Shown here: in pieces, positions 57,686-64,000 of the stretch
Layout: every line of letters starts with the position of its first letter
Position numbering within the stretch: position 1 is the first letter of the stretch
Assembly: GCA_945861645.1 (NCBI GenBank)
Contig: CAMAVZ010000002.1
Coordinates: forward strand, 44,787 to 108,786
DNA from: Opitutus sp. GAS368
GTDB lineage: Bacteria > Verrucomicrobiota > Verrucomicrobiia > Opitutales > Opitutaceae
Length of the DNA stretch: 64,000 bases
Direction: 5' to 3'
The notes under the pieces: model-generated
Database searches by the model: none
What the model saw: only the letters and a program-made list of their open reading frames with translations
Told to the model about the DNA's origin: nothing
Program-made: the position numbers and the translations under genes

Positions 57686-59203
57686 TTAAAAGGGCAGCCA
57701 GTGACTCAGCGGACCGGGATAGCAGCCCAGCAGCAAGGTCGCCAGTGCCAGTAAGCCTAAAATTAATTTCCCGCTAAGCGAAGGGATCGTGATGGCGGAT
57801 TGCGGCGCCTCGGTTGTGACGGTTGCAGCCGGACGCCACGCTTCAAAATAGGCAGATTTAATCCAACCAAAATAATAATAAATCGAGATTATTACGCCCC
57901 CCATGGCAATCGCCAGCAAGGGGTAAAGTTCAGCTTGGAAGGCGACGATAAACAGCAGCAATTTCCCCATAAAGCCCGCCAAGGGAGGAATGCCCGCGAG
58001 CGAACCGACCCCCACCGCTAAGACGCCACCTAAGAACGGGTGCTGCTTGGCTAAGTGCTCATAGTGATCCAAGGTTTGATTGGTATCATCTGGGCCGGTC
58101 AGGTAAGCCATGACGCCAAATACAGCCATCGAGGCTAGCAGATAGGTACCCAGATAAAACCACACGGCACTCGTGGCCCAAGGCACCGTAAACGAAGCCA
58201 CCACGCCAATGAGCAAATAACCGGCGTGCGATATCCCCGAGAGCCCCATGAGTCGTTTCGTGTTGCGCTGGGTGAGCGCGGCCAGATTGCCCATCATAAT
58301 TGTGGCCGCAGCCAGCAGAGAAAGCACCGGCACCAAAACACCCGCGAGCGGGGTGAAGACCTGATTGACGAGCGTCAAGAGCACCGCAAAGCCAGCCGCT
58401 TTGGAAGAAACGGCCAAGAAGGCGGTGACCGGCGTCGGCGCCCCTTGATAAACATCAGGAATCCAAATCTGAAAGGGAAAAGCGCCGATCTTAAACGCCA
58501 CGCCGCCGACCACCAGCAGCGCGCCGGCGATGGCTAGGAAATTATCGGGGTGGTGCCGCAGGAAATTATTAAGAGTCTCAAACTCAAAGCCCGTGTGCGT
58601 GACGCCGTTGACGCTAACTTTGCCCACCGCGCCATAAAGCAAGACGATGCCGAAAAGCATGATCGCCGAACTCAAAGCGCCGAGCACCAGATATTTTAAA
58701 CCGGCCTCCAACGTCAGCGCGTTATCGCGGAAATAACTCACCAGAATATAGAAACCGATCGTCACGGTTTCGAGCGCGACGAAAAACATCACGAAATGAC
58801 TACTGTGAACCAGCAGCATCATGGCCGCGGTCACCACCATCACAATGTGGTAAAATTCAACCCGCGGCAGTTTGGTTCGCGGCAAGCAAATCGTGCCCAA
58901 AAATGAGACCAATAAGGACGAGACGAGAAAGAAAACCCGCGCGACCTGCCCCCAAGGGCTGAGCTTAATCAGGCCCCCAAAAAGATTTTCACCGAGCCCG
59001 ATGGTTTGAAAATTAAAAATTACCGTCAGCAGCACCATGGCTTGAGCCACAATCGCGACGAACGGAATAAAGCGATGATCCTTCTTCGGCAAAATAATCT
59101 CCATGACCAGCAACCCGAGAGCGGCGCAGGCCAGCATTATTTCCGGCCCGAGAGCCCACCACTGATTAGACTCAGCGACGCTTTTGAGATAATCAGTTGT
59201 CAT
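57686..59203 (-). CDS. nuoN: NADH-quinone oxidoreductase subunit N
   Basis: EAGLKY, PFQIWIPDVYQGAPTP and SLAGIPP motifs. Start at ATG 59203. Confidence 0.94.
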   Translation of the reverse strand: MTTDYLKSVAESNQWWALGPEIMLACAALGLLVMEIILPKKDHRFIPFVAIVAQAMVLLTVIFNFQTIGLGENLFGGLIKLSPWGQVARVFFLVSSLLVSFLGTICLPRTKLPRVEFYHIVMVVTAAMMLLVHSSHFVMFFVALETVTIGFYILVSYFRDNALTLEAGLKYLVLGALSSAIMLFGIVLLYGAVGKVSVNGVTHTGFEFETLNNFLRHHPDNFLAIAGALLVVGGVAFKIGAFPFQIWIPDVYQGAPTPVTAFLAVSSKAAGFAVLLTLVNQVFTPLAGVLVPVLSLLAAATIMMGNLAALTQRNTKRLMGLSGISHAGYLLIGVVASFTVPWATSAVWFYLGTYLLASMAVFGVMAYLTGPDDTNQTLDHYEHLAKQHPFLGGVLAVGVGSLAGIPPLAGFMGKLLLFIVAFQAELYPLLAIAMGGVIISIYYYFGWIKSAYFEAWRPAATVTTEAPQSAITIPSLSGKLILGLLALATLLLGCYPGPLSHWLPF

Positions 59204-60738
59204 GGTTGCGCGGGAGAAGCGGTTACGGAACCAGCGGAGACTTTCGCCATCCCCACGGGTAAAGCCTGATCGATCGAGCGGGAGAGAGCTTGGGGGTAAA
59301 AACCCAACCAGAGGAGAGCGGCGAGCAAGATGAGCGCGGGTAAGCGCTCGCCCCACCCAAGGTCAGCGGGCGGATGCTGCGCCATCACCTGCTGCAGATG
59401 TTCGCTCGGCGGGCCAAAGAAAATTCGCGCGACAGCCCGGAGACCATAGATCGCTGAAATCACCACGCCGGCGACTGCCACGGCCGTGAGGCCGGGAGAG
59501 AATTTCCAGAGGGCGACAAAAATCGCAAGCTCGCCCCAAAAATTAGCGAAAGCCGGCAGGCCGATGCTCGCCATCGTTCCTGCGACGAAGCAGGCCGCCA
59601 GCACAGGAGTTTTTTGCGCCAAACCACCCATCTCCGTTAAATCAAAAGTATGCGTACGATGATGCACACTCGTGGCCAACATAAACAGCAAGGCCACGGA
59701 CAACCCATGAGCGACCATCAAGAGCACCACCCCACCCGAGCCGATCGTTGAAAGGCAGGCTATGCCGAGAAAGCAGTAGCCCATGTGCATGACAGAACTA
59801 TAACCCAACATTTGTTTCAGGTCGCGCTGGGCGAGGGTGATAAAGCCAATAACCAACACGTTACCGATGCCCGCGAGCAGCGCTAACTGCCACGCCCAAG
59901 TTTGCGCGCCCACCGGGAGCAGCGGCAGAGCAATCTGGATTAGCCCATAGAGGCCAAACTTTTTCAGAACCCCGGCATGTAACATCGCCGCAGAACTCGG
60001 CGCGGCCCCGTAGCCCAGCGGCGCCCAGGTATGCAGCGGCCAAAGCGAAACCAGCGTGCCGAAGCCAAAGAGGAGGAGGCCAAAAATATATTTTTGCACG
60101 GTGGGCGTGAGGCCCTGGTGCGCCAGGACCGCCTTCAGCTCGATTAAATCAAAGCTCTGCGCCCCGCTCTTAACATAAATAGCAATAAGACCGAGCAGTG
60201 AAAGCAACGCGCCGGCCGTCAGATAAATCGTCATCTTCATCGCCGCATAATTGCGATCCCGGCCACCCCAAAGCCCGACCATGATGAAAGTAGGAATCAG
60301 GGCTAATTCATGAAAGAAATAGAAAAAGAAAATATCCACCGAGGCAAAAACGCCCAGTAAACCGCCCTGCATAATCAGGAGTAGCGTGAGGTAGAGCTTG
60401 AGCCGCTCAGCCCCCGAACGGAGCGCATAGAGACCGGCCGCTAAGCCCACCGTGGCAGCCAACAAAAACAAGGGAAGCGCGATGCCATTGAGTCCGAGCT
60501 TGAGCGTGATGCCGAATCGGCCGAGGCCAGTATCCAAGTTACTCAGGTAATGATAAGTTGCCCCACCCTCGGCGGGAAACTGCTGCCACAACCAAGCGGC
60601 GATGAGGGCTGGGACCACAAAGGCGACCCCAGCGAGTTTAACGGCCAACCGCTTAGGCAAGCCACCCGCCATGATGAGGGCAGCAACCAACGGAGTCGCG
60701 ATCGCCAGCTGAAGGAGTTGAGCGTGCAGAGAGTTCAC
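59200..60738 (-). CDS. nuoM: NADH-quinone oxidoreductase subunit M
   Basis: PLHTW, YSSVMHMG and AHG motifs; operon order. Confidence 0.93.
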   Translation of the reverse strand: MNSLHAQLLQLAIATPLVAALIMAGGLPKRLAVKLAGVAFVVPALIAAWLWQQFPAEGGATYHYLSNLDTGLGRFGITLKLGLNGIALPLFLLAATVGLAAGLYALRSGAERLKLYLTLLLIMQGGLLGVFASVDIFFFYFFHELALIPTFIMVGLWGGRDRNYAAMKMTIYLTAGALLSLLGLIAIYVKSGAQSFDLIELKAVLAHQGLTPTVQKYIFGLLLFGFGTLVSLWPLHTWAPLGYGAAPSSAAMLHAGVLKKFGLYGLIQIALPLLPVGAQTWAWQLALLAGIGNVLVIGFITLAQRDLKQMLGYSSVMHMGYCFLGIACLSTIGSGGVVLLMVAHGLSVALLFMLATSVHHRTHTFDLTEMGGLAQKTPVLAACFVAGTMASIGLPAFANFWGELAIFVALWKFSPGLTAVAVAGVVISAIYGLRAVARIFFGPPSEHLQQVMAQHPPADLGWGERLPALILLAALLWLGFYPQALSRSIDQALPVGMAKVSAGSVTASPAQP

Positions 60739-60741
60739 GGA

Positions 60742-62613
60742 TTAAAAAATACCAACGGCGAAGGCCCAAAGGAGTGCGGTCCCCCATAAAAACCAATAAA
60801 CATAGGTATGCAGGCTGCCGGTATAGAGCGACCGCGCGCCATAACCGACCAGCGTTACAACGCCCCCCAATCCGCGGATCAGCAATCCGGCTAAAAATAT
60901 TTGCTCAATAAAATTCAACAACATGGCCAAGCGCTGCTGCACCTTCGCGACGTAGTAAGTATATAAGCGGTCGAACGATTCCTTCAACCCCGTGAGCCCA
61001 CGGAAGCCCAGGCGGAATTTTCCTTCTAATGAATCGGTTTCGGCTGACGCATAGAAAAGCCAAGCCCCGCTGGCACCCGTTAGCATAACGCCGAGCGAAA
61101 CCAACAAGATCGTGCTATGCGCGGCCCCGGTAGCCTCGGGCACGAGGTCCGCGACTGCCCCCGCCAAGCGACTAAAAAATCCCGCATAGCCTCCAATGAT
61201 CGAGAGCACCGCGAGTACCACGAGGGGCAACGTCATCGTGAAACCACTTTCATGCGCTTGCGCCGCGTGATCTGAGCGAGCGGCGCCCCAGAAGGTTAAT
61301 TTCCACAAGCGAATCATATAAAACGACGTCAGCACTGCCGTGAAAACTAAGACCGCGAAGACCGCCGTATTTTTCTCCAGCGCTAAATAGAGAATAGCAT
61401 CTTTGGAGAAAAATCCGGCTAGTCCGGGCATCCCGATAATCGCCAGGACCCCGAGAGTAAAGGTGATGAAAGTAAGCGGCATTTTGGCGCGCAGCCCGCC
61501 CATTTTAAAAATATCCTGCTCATGATGACAGCCGTGAATCACCGAGCCCGAACCCAAGAAGAGCAGGGCCTTAAAAAAAGCATGCGTCGTCAGATGGAAC
61601 ATCGCGGCGCCCACGCCGGTCGCGATGACCATTTCATGAACGACGCCGCCCATTTCATGCCGGAGAGTAAGCGAGCCTAACCCAAAAGCGGCGACCATGT
61701 AGCCGAGCTGCGAAAGCGTTGAGTAAGCGAGGACCTTCTTGATGTCACGCTGCACAACAGCACAAAGCGCCGCATACAACGCCGTGAGGGTGCCGATCCA
61801 CATGATGACGGTGAGGGCAGCAGGGACCATGAGGACATTGATCCGACAGAGCAGATAAATGCCGGCGGCCACCATGGTAGCCGCATGAATCAGCGCCGAC
61901 ACCGGCGTAGGACCTTCCATCGCGTCCGGCAGCCAAACCTGCAGCGGCAGCTGGGCCGATTTGCCCGCGGCGCCACAGAACAGCAGCAAAGCGATCAGCG
62001 TACTCGGCACGTGTTGCGCCCCGAGTGCAGTGAGATTCACCGTACCATTGCTCCAGTAGCACATGATGATACCGAGCAGAAAGCCGAAGTCGCCCACCCG
62101 ATTAACGATAAAGGCCTTTTTCGCCGCCTCTGCCGCCGCGGTCCGCTCGTGCCAGTGTCCGATGAGCAAATAGGAGCTGAAGCCCACCAGTTCCCAAAAA
62201 ATAAAAATCATGAACAAATTATCCGCCAGGACGATGCCGAGCATTGAAAACATGAAGATCGATAAACCACCAAAGAACCGAGCCCGCGCCGCATCAGCGC
62301 GCATGTAGCCTAGCGAAAAAATATGAATCAGGAAACCGACGAAGCTGACCACGAAAAGCATCAGCGCGGCGAGGTCATCAAATTTAAAACCGAGGGAGAC
62401 CACAAAATCCCCTAGGCGTAACCACTCCCATGCCGCCGGGAAGTTACGCTGCCCGCTGAAAATCAGCTGCCATGACAATATCGCAATGGCGCCCGCGACC
62501 GCCGTCGCGAGCCCAGCCGCCCAGGCCCCTTGCCGCCGCAAGCCCAACGCAATCACGGTCGCCGAAAAAAGCGGCAACAGCAGAATAAGCAGAGTCGTGT
62601 GAACGGGATTCAT
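60742..62613 (-). CDS. nuoL: NADH-quinone oxidoreductase subunit L
   Basis: GKSAQLPLQVWLPDAMEGPTPVSALIHAATMV and THAFFKALLFL motifs. Confidence 0.96.
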   Translation of the reverse strand: MNPVHTTLLILLLPLFSATVIALGLRRQGAWAAGLATAVAGAIAILSWQLIFSGQRNFPAAWEWLRLGDFVVSLGFKFDDLAALMLFVVSFVGFLIHIFSLGYMRADAARARFFGGLSIFMFSMLGIVLADNLFMIFIFWELVGFSSYLLIGHWHERTAAAEAAKKAFIVNRVGDFGFLLGIIMCYWSNGTVNLTALGAQHVPSTLIALLLFCGAAGKSAQLPLQVWLPDAMEGPTPVSALIHAATMVAAGIYLLCRINVLMVPAALTVIMWIGTLTALYAALCAVVQRDIKKVLAYSTLSQLGYMVAAFGLGSLTLRHEMGGVVHEMVIATGVGAAMFHLTTHAFFKALLFLGSGSVIHGCHHEQDIFKMGGLRAKMPLTFITFTLGVLAIIGMPGLAGFFSKDAILYLALEKNTAVFAVLVFTAVLTSFYMIRLWKLTFWGAARSDHAAQAHESGFTMTLPLVVLAVLSIIGGYAGFFSRLAGAVADLVPEATGAAHSTILLVSLGVMLTGASGAWLFYASAETDSLEGKFRLGFRGLTGLKESFDRLYTYYVAKVQQRLAMLLNFIEQIFLAGLLIRGLGGVVTLVGYGARSLYTGSLHTYVYWFLWGTALLWAFAVGIF

Positions 62614-62614
62614 A

Positions 62615-62920
62615 TCAGTGCCGCAGATGGTTGAGGGCCTTCACCTGCACCGTGCCCCGCTGCCGGAAGAGGGCGACAATGATGGCGAGCCCAACCGCAA
62701 CCTCCGCGGCGGCAATCGTGAGGATGAAAAAAACAAAAACGTTACCGTCGAGCGTATCGTTGAAGTGCGAGAAGGCGACCAAGGCGATCGTCGCGGCAAT
62801 CAGCATCAGCTCCAGACACATATAAATCACCAACGTATTCTTGCGCAGGAGTACCCCGAAAAAGCCGAGGACAAAAAGCACCGCGCTCAATAATAAATAA
62901 TGCTGAAGATCTACGATCAT
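62615..62920 (-). CDS. nuoK: NADH-quinone oxidoreductase subunit K
   Basis: LELML and [10 protein letters not shown] motifs. Confidence 0.95.
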   Translation of the reverse strand: MIVDLQHYLLLSAVLFVLGFFGVLLRKNTLVIYMCLELMLIAATIALVAFSHFNDTLDGNVFVFFILTIAAAEVAVGLAIIVALFRQRGTVQVKALNHLRH

Positions 62921-63423
62921 GACCTCTCCTCCGCTTGGTCGGATTTTTTACTTAAGACGATCACGCCAAGCATCGCAATCAGGAGTAGAAAACCCACGAG
63001 TTGCACCGGCAAAAGATAGGTGGTGAATAATTGCTCCGCATAATGCTTTAAAGTGGGCCCCGTTACGGCCGCGCCCCCCGCCGACAAGGCCGCGCGCTGG
63101 TTTAACGACAGCACGCCAACGACGAGCAGGGCCCCACCGAGGGTGGCGGCGATGAGCGTCATGCGTGGAAACGGCTTGGACTGTTCCGGCCGCGTATCCA
63201 GCAACATGATAATGAAAAGAAAAAGGGCGACGACGGCCCCAGCATAGACCAAGAGAAGGACAAACGCCAAGAGGGCTGCATGAAGGAGCACAAACAAACC
63301 GGCGACACCGACGAGGCTTAAGAGCAAACCGAGCGCCGCGTTAACGGGATTTCTACTCACCACGACCAGCGCAGCGCTGACGAGGGCAAGCAAAGCGAAA
63401 AAATAAAATAAGAAGTTAGCCAT
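62917..63423 (-). CDS. nuoJ: NADH-quinone oxidoreductase subunit J
   Basis: NPVNAAL and [12 protein letters not shown] motifs. Confidence 0.93.
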   Translation of the reverse strand: MANFLFYFFALLALVSAALVVVSRNPVNAALGLLLSLVGVAGLFVLLHAALLAFVLLLVYAGAVVALFLFIIMLLDTRPEQSKPFPRMTLIAATLGGALLVVGVLSLNQRAALSAGGAAVTGPTLKHYAEQLFTTYLLPVQLVGFLLLIAMLGVIVLSKKSDQAEERS

Positions 63424-63428
63424 CGGAA

Positions 63429-63968
63429 TTAATGAGTGTTGCCGTGCTCGGCCGCTGCTTTCTTTTTATCCCATTTATAATGTTGATCCGGCAAAGTGCC
63501 ACCCAGCTCATAAAGTCGGGCTTTATCATTCACCATTTCAGCGCGGGTGTAGCCGCTCAGGGAATATTGATTCTGCAAAAAGATCGCTTCCTCCGGGCAG
63601 ACTTCCTGGCAAAGGCCGCAATAGATACAGCGCAGCATGTCGATATCGAAGGCTTGCGGCGCTTTTTCAATATGCAACTGGTCCGGCTGGTCCGCTGGCA
63701 CCGCCCCCGGCGTGATGCGAATCGCCTTCGGCGGACAAACAAACTCACACAGTTGACAAGAAACACATTTCTCGCGCCCCTGAGGATCACGCACCAGCGT
63801 CGGGACACCCCGATAGCCTGGCGGAATAACGGGACGCTCCTCGGGGTACTGCAGCGTCACATTCGGCGCGAACAAATGCTTTAAGGTGATGCGTAAGCCC
63901 GCGAAAATCTGCGGCAGATAAAGCCGTTCCGCGAGGGTGAGAGGTTTGCGTTCGACGACGTAGGCCAT
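63429..63968 (-). CDS. nuoI: NADH-quinone oxidoreductase subunit I
   Basis: Two CxxCxxCxxxCP clusters; TLQYPEE. Confidence 0.96.
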   Translation of the reverse strand: MAYVVERKPLTLAERLYLPQIFAGLRITLKHLFAPNVTLQYPEERPVIPPGYRGVPTLVRDPQGREKCVSCQLCEFVCPPKAIRITPGAVPADQPDQLHIEKAPQAFDIDMLRCIYCGLCQEVCPEEAIFLQNQYSLSGYTRAEMVNDKARLYELGGTLPDQHYKWDKKKAAAEHGNTH

Positions 63969-63976
63969 GGCAAGAA

Positions 63977-64000
63977 TTAGTTTTTGACCTGCACCCAGGC
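63977..64000 (-). CDS. 3' end of the upstream gene, probably nuoH (partial)
   Basis: Reads AWVQVKN-stop 8 nt before nuoI. Identity inferred from operon order only. Confidence 0.5.
   Translation of the reverse strand, partial: AWVQVKN

Noticed and set aside
1-64000. CRISPR array, prophage or anti-phage defence system
   Set aside because: No repeat-spacer array, phage genes or recognisable defence genes. The MBL, S1/P1 and PD-(D/E)XK-like genes are dispersed in housekeeping contexts.

Overview
A gene-dense stretch of bacterial core chromosome, probably Verrucomicrobiota (Opitutae-like; judged from recalled protein families and gene order, not a database search). It holds about 60 CDSs and no rRNA, intact tRNA, CRISPR array, integrase or transposase. 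Housekeeping genes include ettA (partial), murA, ruvB, pyk, trxB, sufCBDT, clpP, infC, lpxA, pdxA, aroB, ftsY, nusB, ribH, ribB(X), rarA, comEC, a thyX-like gene and nuoN-I. They are interspersed with metal and metalloid modules: arsR-gapdh-arsJ, cusBA, chrA, fluC and two TonB-dependent receptors. Best leads: (1) a cnrYXH-like trio (anti-sigma, Cys/His periplasmic sensor, ECF sigma) divergent from a Cu(I)/Ag(I)-type cusBA unit, with two back-to-back copies of one promoter-like motif between them; (2) a DUF2946-like His-rich upstream ORF ending in CGPP, whose stop region can pair with the initiation region of a ZnuD-like receptor; (3) a PTPS-II + FolE2 + sepiapterin-reductase-like SDR cluster, a candidate tetrahydrobiopterin pathway; (4) a stand-alone disordered protein built like the RNase E C-terminal scaffold; (5) an Irr-like regulator with a perfect ICE-type box heading the suf operon; (6) TTGnnn hexamers 34-40 nt before many start codons, suggesting widespread leaderless mRNA.
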